Source of the DNA: Macrostomum lignano
Lineage: Eukaryota
Assembly (NCBI GenBank): GCA_002269645.1
Contig: NIVC01002389.1
Coordinates: 62,001 to 126,000 of the forward strand
Direction: 5' to 3'
Length of the DNA: 64,000 bases
Both the position numbers and the translations under genes were made by a program. Positions 1 through 15,770 of the stretch are shown here, piece by piece. The notes beneath the pieces are model-generated. The model ran no database searches. It saw only the letters and a program-made list of their open reading frames with translations, and was not told the DNA's origin. The number at the start of each line of letters is the position of its first letter. The stretch's first letter is position 1.

Positions 1-620
1 TAGGAGCATGGGCTGGGAGAAATTTCCCGTATTTATCGACAGCTTCTTCTCCAGCATCAGCTCAAGAGAGGCGGAAAAATTGCTCGGCTTCTGGAGTCTT
101 GCAGCATGTGACTGCGGGTCTGCTCTCGCTGCAAAAGATCGATGACTATTCAAGTAAAAACAATGCATTTCTCCTGATCTAGTCGTCTGATGTAGAAAAA
201 TGAGCATAACAACTTTTCTGCAAGATCTCTCAAGCGGTGGACGAGTAGTGTAACTCTGCCATGGAAAATAGGCGTGAATAGACTCAAAATCAAGCTCCGG
301 GCTGAGCTGGAGTCCCGCTAGATGCTGCATGAACGCTTGAATGCAAAAGATGCAGTAAGCCTCGGAATTCATCAGTATGCAAGTAGTGCCTCTAAAGTAA
401 GGGGGTAAAACTCACTTCACTTCCAATATCATTGTTTCCTCTGCATCAAGAGTGGGAAGCCTCTCTATCCTGATCTCGGGTTCTTTGAAACTTGCAATAG
501 GAATCCGGCCCGCTCAGGGTTTGTGTCTCTTCTTAGCTGTTTTCTCTCCTCTCTCCCCCTCACTAATCTCTCCTTTCATCTCTTATCTCATCTCCTCTCT
601 TCTTCTCTCTTATCATTTAT
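1..620 (-). repeat. Paralogous copy of the region upstream of WSC-PAN copy 1; suggests another family member just left of the window
   Basis: 1-600 aligns by eye with ~2980-3600 (shared gcagcatgtgactgcggg, tgctctcgctgcaaaagatcgat, ctgcaagatctctcaagcgg, gatgctgcatgaacgcttga). Confidence 0.75.
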
Positions 621-2191
621 CAGCCTGATGGAAAAGTCTGTGTAGAATAATAGAGTTAAATAACTGACAAATTTTTTACATTGAGTTCTTGACATATCTA
701 GCGTTTTCTGATCTGAGGTGTCGACCAGCAAATACTAAATAAGTATTTCGCCCATGAGCCAAAGATTCACCGACCAAGTCCGCCCTCTTGCCAGGGTTTC
801 GAACGGTAAACCGCATGTCAGAAGTCTTAGGATTCAAAGCAGCGGCAAGACCTGGGATCAAATTCTGTGGACAGCGAGCGGTCCTGCCTGTCAGTCCTGC
901 ACTCTGCTCAAGGACGGCTAGAATTTACAACGATAACTTCCAGTGATCCTTGACTCCGCTATCAGCAGATCAATCGTTATTTTCATGGAACCAGTCACGT
1001 CTAGGATGCGAGTTGGCTGATTTCAATCAGCTTCTGTACGCTATGATTGAATGTACGAAGTACGCTCGTACAAATACAGCATCACATTGAATGCATAAGC
1101 TATCGAATTCACAACAAATTGATTACCCCATAATATACCTTACTTGCGCCCAAAAAGTTCTTAGACACCCCTCGTATCTCTGCACCTGTTCGATTAGTTT
1201 TGATATAATAAATTTCACAAACCTGGGCCCATATTTAATGAAATTTAGTGCTAGATTTTCAGCTTAATGGGGTTGATAGAGAAAAAGCAATCCATCATTT
1301 ACTGAAGAACCTACAAAATTAGCAATACGACTAGCAATCAGCGCCCCCCGTTAGGGAGCCAAAAAATGCAGTACAAGTTTTTTAATGAACTACATGTAGC
1401 GTCTCTTTGCAATACGAGTATACCTCAGCAGTCCCTTGTAAGCCTTGACATCTCAGCGATGCCCCCCCATAAGCCTTGAAATCTTAAAAAATCTGTCAAC
1501 CTTCTAACCCTAACCCTAGCCTAACCATAACCCTAACCCTAATGCATTGAAATTTCAGTAATTCTCCCCAAGAGTCATTATAGCACTACAGCATTATAGC
1601 GATTCCCTGCAAGCCTCGACATCGTAGCGATTCCCAAATGAATCTCTTAACTTCGACATGACGCTTCTTTTTTTACATTTTAGACAATTTAACCACTAAG
1701 CTCTAGAGTAGATGCTCTTCAAAAATCGTATTGCTAATTCTGTGGGTTCATCAGTAAATGATCGATTGCTTTTGCTCTGTCAGCCCGATCGAGCTGAAAC
1801 GTTAGTACTGACTTCATTACATATAGGTCCATGCGTGTGTAATTTTAAGGGTGCCTAAAAACTTTTCGGACGCACTAAGGTACATGTAAATAAATGCTCA
1901 TCGCTCAACTATAGGTAGGAGCTGGGCTGAAACTTTCCATGCAGTGACAATTAGTCACGTTTTTTACCTCTTACGAGTAAACCGTATATACTACGAACGT
2001 GTCAACCAAAGTATGAAAACTTTGAAAGATTGTTTTATTCTAGGAATTTTAAGGACCACTTAATTTATTTGAATAAAAAGTTTCATCAAAATTGCTCCTT
2101 ACATCGAAACACATTCTGTTTTTGGACAATCAAACGTCACAATCACTGCAGAGTTTCTGAAATTTTCGAATCCTAGTACGAGCTCTGAGCC

Positions 2192-2958
2192 TCAGCACAA
2201 AATCCACACATCGCCAGCTTCTCCGCTGATGGCGGTGGCGAAGTTGCTGAGGCGGCAGAGGCCGCTGCTGCTGTTGAAGCGATAGGAGGAGCAGCTGGCA
2301 GTCCGGGCGCAGAGGACGGCGCAGTCATCCAGGCTCGACTTGACGTCCCTGCCCAAGGAGCCGGCAAATGCAGCGGTGGTGAGCAGCTTTGGAGCGGCAG
2401 AGGTGGCGAACTTGCGGAAACGAAGGCCCTGAATGGCTGCAGTTTTGGGATTTGGGATTCCGCAGTCAAGCATCACGAATCTCTAAGCACAAGGCGGGAA
2501 AAAAGCACTGTTAACGCACAGAGCTAAACAGCAGTGGCACACTTACAGGACGAGTACACATTCTCGTAGATGGAGTTTCTCCAGCCTCCGCCGCACATCT
2601 GCGCGGAATTTCCGCGGCATTTCTGATTGCACTGAAATTCCGGCGCCGGACCCCAGGAGCCGTAGCTGGAGTCGCACGAGCAGTACTCATAATTTTGCAA
2701 AGCAAAATATTGAAATCCTCCACTGTTGCAGAGTTCGCTGCACAGCTCAATAGTCATGTCACTCCTTTGGACAAGTCCTTGACTCACGTACCTGATGCTG
2801 AATGGGCCGAGCTGGGCGATGCCAATAAGGCCCTGCATGTCTCTGTTGGGCGGCCGTCTGTCAACAAAGCAGCCCACGTAGACCGGAGTGGCCTTGCGCT
2901 GGCACAGTGACCCGGAGATCAGCAGAGCGGCCACTGCAGCGAGGAGCTTGCAGCGCAT
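2192..2958 (-). CDS. Secreted WSC-domain + C-terminal PAN/apple-like protein, copy 1 (subtype A); exons 2958-2547 and 2436-2192, ~218 aa
   Basis: Signal-like MRCKLLAAVAALLISG; WSC pattern YVGCFVD...MTIELCSELC...YFALQNYEYCSC...CNQKCRGNSAQMCGGGWRNSIY. GTAAGT donor at 2546 and CTGCAG acceptor at 2437 join in phase 1. Exon 2 has a PAN-like C-x3-C-x5-C-x11-C pattern and ends in TGA. Confidence 0.8.
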
Positions 2959-3825
2959 CCTGAATAATCTTGCGAGTGGGGAGTGTGGGTTTGGAGAATT
3001 TTCTCCCGTATTTATTGACAGCTTCTTCTTCTTCATCTGCTTAAGAGAGGCGGAAAAGTTTTGGCTTTTGAAGCTTTGCAGCATGTGACTGCGGGCCTGC
3101 TCTCGCTGCAAAAGATCGATAGCTTTTCAAGTAAAAAACAATGGATTCTCCTGCTCTTTTCGTCTGGCGTAGAAAAGAGTTAATTTTTTTCTGCAAGATC
3201 TCTCAAGCGGGGGGCAAAGTAGTGTAGCTCTGCTATAGAAAATATGCATGAATCGACTCAGAGTCAAGCTCTGGGCTGAGCTGGAGGCCCGAGATGTGGG
3301 AGAGACTCACAGCTGCCAGATGCTGCATGAACGCTTGAGAGCGAAAGATGCAGTAAGTCTCTGAACTCATCAGTATCCAAGTAGTGTCTGTGAAATAAGG
3401 GGGCAAAACTCCCCTTACTTCTAATTTCCTTGCTTCCTCTGCATCAAGAACTGGAAATTCCGTGGGGCCCGAGGAGCCTTCTCTCTCCGGGCCGCGGGTC
3501 CTTTGAAACTCGAGGTTTATGTCTCTTCTCAGCTCTCTTACCTCTCCTCTCTCCCCTCTCACTAGTCTTTGCGGTCATCTCTACTCTTCCTTATCTCCCA
3601 TCCCATCTTCTCTCATCTTATCTTTCCATCTCTTATATTCTTTGAGCCCAGTGGAAAAATATTGAAAACATTCTGTGTGGATTCGAGCAAAGAACAGACT
3701 AATTTGTACACTGAGTTGACACACCTGTCAGGATCTGTGGCTTTTGGCTCCAGCCAGATAGTCAGGTTTCTCCACTGCCAAAAGTCTTTAAATAAAAAAT
3801 AAGTATTTTGCCGACAAGGTCATTG

Positions 3826-3900
3826 ACAGACCGACCAACAAAGCAGCCGTCACAGACCGGAGCTGGCGCAGCGCCCCGGGAGCCAGCAGAGCGGCCAACT
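3826..3900 (-). pseudogene. 5' relic of another WSC-PAN copy (signal segment plus PVxxGCFV)
   Basis: Reverse complement reads GCCGCTCTGCTG...CCGGTCTGTGACGGCTGCTTTGTTGG, matching GCCGCTCTGCTG...CCGGTCTATGTGGGCTGCTTTGTTGA of copy 3. Confidence 0.6.
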
Positions 3901-4284
3901 TAATGGCACTGGGAGCTGTCACTCAGCGTCTCTTCTTAAGTTGTGTTGTCTTGTCGAATTTCGCTGCTATTTGTATTGAAAAACAAAATTGCAAAAGCAA
4001 ACGACGGCCAAGCGCTGCCCTCCGACTGTCACAGGCGGCATGAGATGAGAAAATTAATTAACAAGCTTAGTTTCAAAAAGCTGATGCTTCCAGAATCAAA
4101 CTTAATTATGATTTGGTTACTCTTGACTTATTGCTTTTTTCAATAGATTGTAACAGTTCAGTAAAACAATTAAAATGACATATCCCATTTGCAATAAATC
4201 CAGCAGATTAAAGGAACAAAACAGGAGCTTTACGTCCTGATACGGCAGCTCCTGACGGTCAGATGCTGCCAGACGCTTGGGTCT

Positions 4285-5690
4285 TCAGCCGACGATCCAG
4301 ACATCGCCAGTCTCGTTGGCGAAAGCGGTGGCGAAGCTGCTGATGTGGCAGAGGCCGCTGCTGCTGTTGAAGCGATAGGAGGAGCAGCTGGCAGTCCGGG
4401 CGCAGATGCTTGCGCACTCAACCAGAACCTGCGTCTTGACGTCCCAGCCGAGGGAGCCAGCGAATTCGGCAGTGGTGGTCAGCTTTGGAGCGGCAGAGAC
4501 GGCGAACTTGCGGAATTTTTGGACCTGGGAGGCTGAAAGATAACATGAACAGACCGTGAATGAATAAACTATCTGCTTGTAGGCACAGCGGGAGTCAGGG
4601 AGGCCCTGAGGGCCTTTCTGCAGCTCTTCGCTTGGAAAGAAAGATGCTCGTCTGGTTGCGAGGAGGAACCTGACTGTCGAGTTGGCAGACCAAAGATGGA
4701 TTTGTCTAGAGGTGGTGCTGCCGATGAAAGGCCGAAGATTTTTATTGTCTAAACTGGAGATCTCCGCGGATCGGAAGCAGTGCCATACAGGGGGGTCTTT
4801 CTCGAAAGCAACTTACGATCGACCATAGACGTAAGTTGGGTAAGCTACACTTACGGGGTTGCTCGAAGGGCTCGCAAGTTAGCTATGCGTAAGATTGATC
4901 GCAACTTTACGAGTTCGTAACTTTGCGCAAAAGACTGTTTCTCAAAACGTTCGTATGTCTATGGTCTTTCGTAAGGTTGATCTTAACCCTATTACTGCTC
5001 GGTATCAGTCGTAAGACGCACTTAAGCACTAATCGCATAGTACGTGAAGCTTTAGTCAAGCCAAGTCAAGTTAAACTTTATCGAAGGTGGGTCTTTCTCG
5101 AAAGCAACGATAGACTAAGTAAAGATATTTGCAGATTTATGACCATAGACATGCAACTTTTCGTTTCAGATACGACTTACGAACAGCGTAAGCCACGCAA
5201 AGTCTAAGTGAGTTTTGAGAAAGCGTCTTACGAGCAAACTTACGCTACACGTAAATTTCTTTCTTACGATCTAACTTACCATAGAACTTACGTGAGTTTC
5301 GAGAAACACCCCCCAGTGCAGCTTACAAAAAATGATTTCTGTAGCGGACTCACTCGCTAAGTAGGCATTCTCGTAGATGGAGTTTCTGTACCATCCGCCG
5401 CAGATCTGGCCAGCATTCCCAGAGCAGCTGGTGCTGCACTCAGAGTCTGGCGCGGGACCCCAGGAGCCGTAGCTGGAGCCGCACATGCAGTGCCTGAAAT
5501 GCTGCAGTCCGAAGTACCGGAAGCCGCCGTAGACGCAGATCTCGCTGCACAGCTGCACCGTCATGTCGGCTCTTTTTACAGCCGCCTGGGCCATGTAGGT
5601 GACGCTGAATGGGCCGAGCTGGACGATGCCAAATAGGCCAGCGACCCGGAACTAAGCAGAGCGGCCATCGCAACAGGTAACGCATGCTGA
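4285..5690 (-). pseudogene. WSC-PAN copy 2 (subtype B), probably pseudogenised by a ~73-nt deletion/frameshift; exons ~5690-5354 and 4532-4285
   Basis: WSC C-terminal half is intact (MTVQLCSEICVYGGFRYFGLQHFRHCMC...CGGWYRNSIY). GTGAGT donor at 5353, TTTCAG acceptor at 4533, PAN exon ends FANETGDVWIVG*. The segment CQRKATPVYVGCFVDR..DMQ is missing between the signal-like part and GLFGIVQLGPF, leaving them in different frames. Confidence 0.7.
4791..5313. mobile_element. Non-autonomous DNA transposon (MITE), PIF/Harbinger-like, inside the intron of WSC-PAN copy 2
   Basis: Terminal inverted repeats GGGGGT(C/G)TTTCTCGAAA at both ends, flanked by a CAG...CAG 3-bp duplication. Many internal ACTTACG/CGTAAG motifs. 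This intron is 821 nt versus 110-111 nt in copies 1 and 3. Confidence 0.75.
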
Positions 5691-6447
5691 GCACGGATAC
5701 GTAGACCAGTTCGGATAGTGAGCCTTCTTCTCTGTTTGCACAGAGAATTTGAGAGTTGCTGCCTGTATTCTGGTGGTGGAGCAGCACTGCATGTTGCAAT
5801 GCGTTTCTCACTAAGAAGAATTTTGCTGGGTTCACAAATATAGACAGAGCTGTTAAGCTGGAATCCTAGAGAAATTTGATTCTCCAGGTCTCAGTTGCCT
5901 GTCAGAGGCTCACTGACACAGAGGGTCTTCAACTACCTAATTGGATTCGATTCCGTGTTGGTAGATGATGGCAGCGGTTCTGCCTGACGATCTGCGCTGC
6001 ACTCAGCTCAGCTGCACTATCTACCTACAACAGTAACTTCTAGTGGTCCTTGACTCCGCTATCAGCAGATCGAGGGCTATTTTCATGTAATCAGTCTAGG
6101 ATGCAGGTTGGCTGATCAGCTGCTGAGATCATCAACCTCTCCCTCCGGCCTCAGGATTTGTACGGTATTCATTCAGTGCGAAGTCACGTTTCTGAAGTCT
6201 TAACCAATAACTGTATATACTACAACCGTCAACAAAATATTGAAAAATTTTAATGACGATTGCCTTATTCTAGAGTTTCATACGCTCGTAAAAGGTGAAA
6301 ATCGTTTTCGGGTCACTCATAATATATTTTCAAAATAGAAAGTTTCTCTTCCAAATTGTTCCTTACATCGAAACGCGTTTTGTATTTGGGCATTCCCCGA
6401 TATAATCACTGCTGTGTTTCCAAAGCTCCAAAAAACAGCTCTGAGAC

Positions 6448-7227
6448 TCAGCACAAAATCCACACATCGCCAGCTTCTCCGCTGATGGCGGTGGCGAAGC
6501 TGCTGAGGCGGCAGAGGCCGCTGCTGCTGTTGAAGCGATAGGAGGAGCAGCTGGCAGACCGGGCGCAGAGGACGGCGCAGTCATCCAGGCTCGACTTGAC
6601 GTCCCAGCCCAGTGAGCCGGCGAATGCAGCTGTGGTGACCAGCTTTGGAGCGGCAGAGGTGGCGAACTTGCGGAAACGAATGCCCGGAATGGCTGCAATT
6701 CAGGGAATTGAGATTTCGCAGTAAAAAATCATCGATTTCCAAAATCTAGGCGGGCAGTAAAGCATTGTTAACGCACAGAGCTAAACAGCAGTGGCACACT
6801 TACAGGACGAGTACACATTCTCGTAGATGGAGTTTCGCCAGGCTCCGCCGCACATCTGCGCGGAATTTCCGCGGCATTTCTGATTGCACTGAAATTCCGG
6901 CGCCGGACCCCAGGAGACGTAGCTGGAGTCGCAGCTGCACTCCGAGTTGCTCTGCACTGCCATGTAGCGGAAGCCGCCATAGATGCCGATCTCGCTGCAC
7001 AGCTCCACCGTCATGTCGGCTCTGGAAGCGATGCCTTGGCTCACGTGATTTACTCTGAATGGGCCGAGCTGGGCGATGCCAACGAGGCCCTGCATGTCTC
7101 TGTTGGGCGGCCCTCTGTCAACAAAGCAGCCCACATAGACCGGAGTGGCCTTGCGCTGGCACAGAGACCCGGAGATCAGCAGAGCGGCCATCGCAACAGC
7201 CGCTATGCCAGTTTTATTGAGAGGCAT
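6448..7227 (-). CDS. Secreted WSC + PAN/apple-like protein, copy 3 (subtype A); exons 7227-6804 and 6692-6448, ~222 aa
   Basis: MPLNKTGIAAVAMAALLISG signal-like segment and WSC motifs. GTAAGT donor at 6803 and TTGCAG acceptor at 6693, phase 1. PAN exon is 245 nt, as in copy 1. Confidence 0.8.
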
Positions 7228-7654
7228 CTTCTTTCTGCTAAGGTTAATATTTTTGACAGCAACAGCCCTTCCTTGGTCTGAATTTATCGTCAAAAATTCC
7301 TTTGGCCTGCACCACGCTGTCTCGATCGCAGTCGATTGGGTGTAAAGAAACTGCTGGTTGGCAGATGCGGCTCAAGCTTTCTTCTAAAGAAAGACATCTG
7401 ACTTAGCGGACGTCTCTCGGAATTTTGAAAGCAATCAACAAGAACGTTGATAGGGTTAAGGTTAATTTTTTTCTATGAATACTAGAAAATAGAGTCATGG
7501 GTAGAGCAGGAGTGAGAAACGGGAACTGTCAGGAACAGGTGTCGGAGTTGACGGACGTGGGAGAGTCTGCACTAGCTGGCAGGTGCTGGCTGATCGGTGA
7601 AGAGGCGCAAACCGCATCAAGTTGAAGTTCTTCTTAGCTGTCTTGATAGGCTCC

Positions 7655-8228
<574 letters not shown>

Positions 8229-8744
8229 TTAGCAAAGTAGACACAACCATGCCATTTCTAACAGGCAGTTCCTTTGCACTTCCCACACAGCGTATCTGCA
8301 TCCACCTGATCTCTCACAGCCCCATATGTCATATATTTATAAATAAGCATCGGGACTGCTCAAGCGGAATGATGGGGCGCACGCGCAATGGCACAGCGAC
8401 ACTGACGGACGTGATGAGGCTAGTGAAGCTGCATGGATAGACAAACAGAGATCACAGGTGAAGCTAAAGGCTGCCTATGCTAAAAAATCCGGATTCTCCG
8501 GGTTCGATGGGATGGCTTGAGCTCAAGCTCAATGACACTGTGCTCGGGCAGTTTGGGGCGCTGTGCTTCGCTCCCATATGGTTTGTGGGATGCGGCAGTC
8601 AGGGACGATGCTGAAACGAGAAGCAACGGATGAAAGAAGAGACAGTCCGGGCTTCCAGCGAGACTATGAGATGAGAGCTGTTATTATACTCAGCAATATT
8701 CGGTGCAATACAATAGACTGGGATTCTGAGAGTTAAGCTTAACC

Positions 8745-9835
8745 CGCAGTCTCATAGGCAGTGAGATACACTGCAGTCTCAGTGAGATACACTGCAGTCT
8801 CATTGAGATACACTGCAGTCTCAGTGAGATACACTGCAGTCTCATTGAGATACACTGCAGTCTCAGTGAGATACACTGCAGTCTCAGTGAGATACACTAC
8901 AGTCTCATAGGCAGTGAGATACACTGCAGTCTCAGTGAGATACACTGCAGTCTCATTGAGATACACTGCAGTCTCAGTGAGATACACTACAGTCTCATTG
9001 AGATACACTGCATTCTCATAGGCAGTGAGATACACTGCAGTCTCAGTGAGATACACTGCAGTCTCATTGAGATACACTGCAGTCTCAGTGAGATACACTA
9101 CAGTCTCATAGGCAGTGGGATACACTGCAGTCTCAGTGAGATACACTGCAGTCTCATTGGGATACACTGCAGTCTCAGTGAGATACACTGCAGTCTCAGT
9201 GAGATACACTGCAGTCTCATTGAGATACACTGCAGTCTCATAGGCAGTGAGATACACTGCAGTCTCAGTGAGATACACTGCAGTCTCATAGGCAGTGAGA
9301 TACACTGCAGTCTCAGTGAGATACACTGCAGTCTCAGTGAGATGCACTGCAGTTTCAGTAAGATACACTGCAGTCTCAGTGAGATACACTGCAGTCTCAT
9401 AGGCAGTGAGATACACTGCAGTCTCATAGGCAGTGAGATACACTGCAGTCTCAGTGAGATACACTGCAGTCTCATAGGCAGTGAGATACACTGCAGTCTC
9501 ATAGGCAGTGAGATACACTGCAGTCTCAGTGAGATACACTGCAGTCTCAGTGAGATACACTGCAGGCTCATTGAGATACACTGCAGTCTCAGTGAGATAC
9601 ACTGCAGTCTCAGTGAGATACAATGCAGTCTCATTGAGATACACTGCAGTCTCAGTGAGATACACTGCAGTCTCAGTGAGATACACTGCAGTCTCATAGG
9701 CAGTGAGATACACTGCAGTCTCAGTGAGATACACTGCAGTCTCAGTGAGATACACTGCAGTCTCAATGAGATACACTGCAGTCTCAGTGAGATACACTGC
9801 AGTCTCAGTGAGATGCACTGCAGTCTCATAGGCAG
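8745..9835. repeat. 21/27-bp minisatellite (GTGAGATACACTGCAGTCTCA, with or without a TAGGCA insert)
   Basis: Direct inspection; produces the artefactual LTETAVY/LTAYETAVY ORFs. Confidence 0.95.
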
Positions 9836-10467
9836 TATGATAATGGAACATAAGCCAGCAGGCATCGAAAGTCAGTGGAACACATGAGCAGTCAAAAGCA
9901 AAACAGAGAATTAAAAATCCAAGGCAGTCAAAAGCAAACACCCAGCAAAGGCTGACATTTGCTTCATGCTTCACTGCACGGGAGGCATTTTCTCTGCGTT
10001 AATTCTCGATTCAGCTGTGTGTATGTGCAGGGCACTCACTGAACCGGTTCGCTCCACTCAACCTGTGATAATATTTAACAATAAAAGCATCATTGCGCTC
10101 TACCTAGTCTACCCGCTGCAGTCTACTGTCTTTGACCCTCTCTTCTTGGGCTTCTGTCAGGCACGCACCACCGAAGTCTTCATAAGATGGAAAATTGCGC
10201 CCTCTATTCAAATATTTACACTGCAAATATTGAAATTTATGTTCATTTTTATCATTGATTTATCTTGCCCAAACAAGAAATTATACAGGATAGTTAGTGC
10301 ACTTGTGGCATGTAATAAATATTGACTAAACCAATTTCAACTTATTTATAAAATTAAGTAGCAACTTTCTTAACAGACTACTGTCCAGCATCTAAGTAGT
10401 AAAAAGTAAAAATTCATAGTTTTTGCTAAGAAAACGACAAAGAAATTTTCGCGCAGCACATAAAAAC

Positions 10468-13405
<2,938 letters not shown>

Positions 13406-13680
13406 CTCTTTCCTTGCCTTTCCTTCACTCTTACCCTCTCTCCCTCTCACCCTCTACCCTTTCTCACCCTCTCCTCTCTCTCACCCTCTACCCTTTCTCA
13501 CCCTCTCCTCTCTCACACCCTCTACCCTGTCTCAACCTCTACCCTGTCTCATCCTCTCCCCACTCTCACCCTCTACCCTCTCACCCTCTACCCTGTCTCA
13601 CCCTCTCCTCTCTCTCACCCTCTACCCTGTCTCACCCTCTCCTCTCTCTCACCCTCTACCCTTTCTCACCCTATCACTCT
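13406..13680. repeat. CT-rich low-complexity repeat (CTCTCACCCT-like)
   Basis: Direct inspection. Confidence 0.85.
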
Positions 13681-14129
13681 GATTGAAGTTTCTGCTTATT
13701 TGCCCTTTTTGAGCCAAATCAGTACGGTGAGGTACGAGAAGAAAACTCCATCAGAGTGAGAGTTGAACTCTAAATAATTCTTTCGTCAGTCGCGTAGTTC
13801 CCAAGCCTTCGGTTGTGCATCTAGCAAAGCCGACGTATTGCCATGCCATTTTTAACACGCAGTTCCTTTGCACAACCCTTTGGCATGTCTGCACCCACCT
13901 GATCTCACACAGCCGCCATACGCCATGTTGCTATTGATATCTATAGATATTTATCAATAAGCACCGCGGCACTGACAGAGATGATGACGCCAAGTGAGGC
14001 TGCATGGATAGACGAACAGATATCACTGGTGATGCTCAGGCTGCCTATGCTAAAACATCCGGATTCTCGTGGATGCGGGCCGCCCTGTTATCTGTTCGAC
14101 TAGACGGCTTGAGCCGCATCTGCCCACCA

Positions 14130-14782
14130 GCAGTTTACCCCCCGAATCAACAAAACTGCCTTAGCAGCTGTAGCGGTGGCCGCTCTGCTGATCTCCGGGT
14201 GCAAAGCCACTCCGGTCTATGCCGGCTGCTTTGTTGACAAAGCGCCAGACGATAGAGACATGCAGGGCCCATACAAAGTCACCTACAAGAGCCAGGGCAT
14301 CGTGTCCAGAAGCGACATGACGGTAGAGCTGTGCAGCGAGATCTGCGTCTACGGCGGCTTCCGGTACTTCGGACTGCAGCATTTCCGTCACTGCGTGTGC
14401 GACTCCAGCTACGGCTCCTGGGGTTCCGCGCTGGAATCCGTGTGCAACACGCATTGCTCTGGGAATGCTGGCCAGGTTTGCGGAGGAGAAGCTTATAATA
14501 GAGACAAGTGAGGTCTATGCTCTTAAAATTTCCATTTCAGATTTGAAAAATGCTCGCTTTCGCAAGTGCGCCGCCTCTGCCGCTCCTCAGCTGGTCGCCA
14601 CTGGCGAAATCGCCGGCTCCTGGTACGTCAAGACGCAGATCCGGATGCAGTGCGCCGCCTTCTGCGCCCAGACTACCAGCTGCATCTTCTATCACTTCAA
14701 CAGCAGCAGCGGCCTCTGCCGCCTCAGCAGCTTCGCCACCGTCTTCGCCAACGAGACTGGCGATGTCTGGATCGTCGGCTGA
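14130..14782 (+). pseudogene. WSC-PAN copy 4 (subtype B), inverted orientation; WSC end truncated, probably pseudogene or WSC-only variant
   Basis: AALLISGCKATPVYAGCFVD...CSEICVYGGFRYFGLQHFRHCVC...CGG is followed by EAYNRDK* instead of the WRNSIYEN end. PAN exon after TTTCAG (14540) ends FANETGDVWIVG*. No in-frame ATG in the signal segment; the residual GT at 14508 is phase-incompatible with the acceptor. Confidence 0.65.
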
Positions 14783-15253
14783 AGACCCAAGCGCCTGGCA
14801 GCATCTGACCGCCAGGAACTGCCGTATGAGGATGTAACACTCCTGTTTTTCAGAAACTTTTTTCCTTCAATATATTGAAGCTGAGCTATCGAGAAAGAAA
14901 CAATAAATCAAGAGCAAACCGTCAAACCGATCATAATTGGAGGCAGAGCTTTGCAGCGGGCCTGATGAGGCAGTTAAAGATTAGAGAAGGAGTAGAGAGT
15001 GAAACTTGACTGACAGAGTGGGGGCGGGCAGGGAAGTTGGGTGGGCGACCATCCTCTTCACAAGTTTGCCAAACTCCGCAATTTTGCGTTTGTCACCCTG
15101 CAACACATGTGCAAGTATCCACCTCCGCAACCAGCGCTTTCATGCCAGACGCTCTTCTCCATCATATCGATTTGTACCGAATATAACTTATAGTTTTTAT
15201 GAAAAATTGTATGAAAAACAGTTTTGAATAATTTGAGTTTTGTTCTCCTCCTC

Positions 15254-15770
15254 GAGTCTCCCTTCTCTTCTCCGATTGAGTCTCCCTGCTCTTCTCCGAT
15301 TGAGTCTCCCTGCTCTTCTCCGATTGAGTCTCCCTGCTCTTCTCCGATCGAGTCTCCCTGCTCTTCTCCGATTGAGTCTCCCTTCTCTTCTCCGATTGAG
15401 TCTCCCTGCTCTTCTCCGATTGAGTCTCCCTGCTCTTCTCCGATTGAGTCTCCCTGCTCTTCTCCGATCGAGTCTCCCTGCTCTTCTCCGATTGAGTCTC
15501 CCTTCTCTTCTCCGATTGAGTCTCCCTGCTCTTCTCCGATCGAGTCTCCCTGCTCTTCTCCGATTGAGTCTCCCTTCTCTTCTCCGATTGAGTCTCCCTG
15601 CTCTTCTCCGATCGAGTCTCCCTTCTCTTCTCCGATTGAGTCTCCCTGCTCTTCTCCGATTGAGTCTCCCTGCTCTTCTCCGATCCAGTCTCCCTGCTCT
15701 TCACCGATCGAGTCTCCCTGCTCTTCACCGATCGAGTCTCCCTTCTCTTCACCGATCGAGTCTCCCTGCT
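15254..15770. repeat. 24-bp minisatellite GAGTCTCCCTGCTCTTCTCCGATT, ~21 copies
   Basis: Direct inspection. Confidence 0.95.

Noticed and set aside
740-840. tRNA/SINE-like GTTCGAAACCC B-box on the minus strand (also GTTCGAATCC near 18587)
   Set aside because: No A-box or cloverleaf could be formed.
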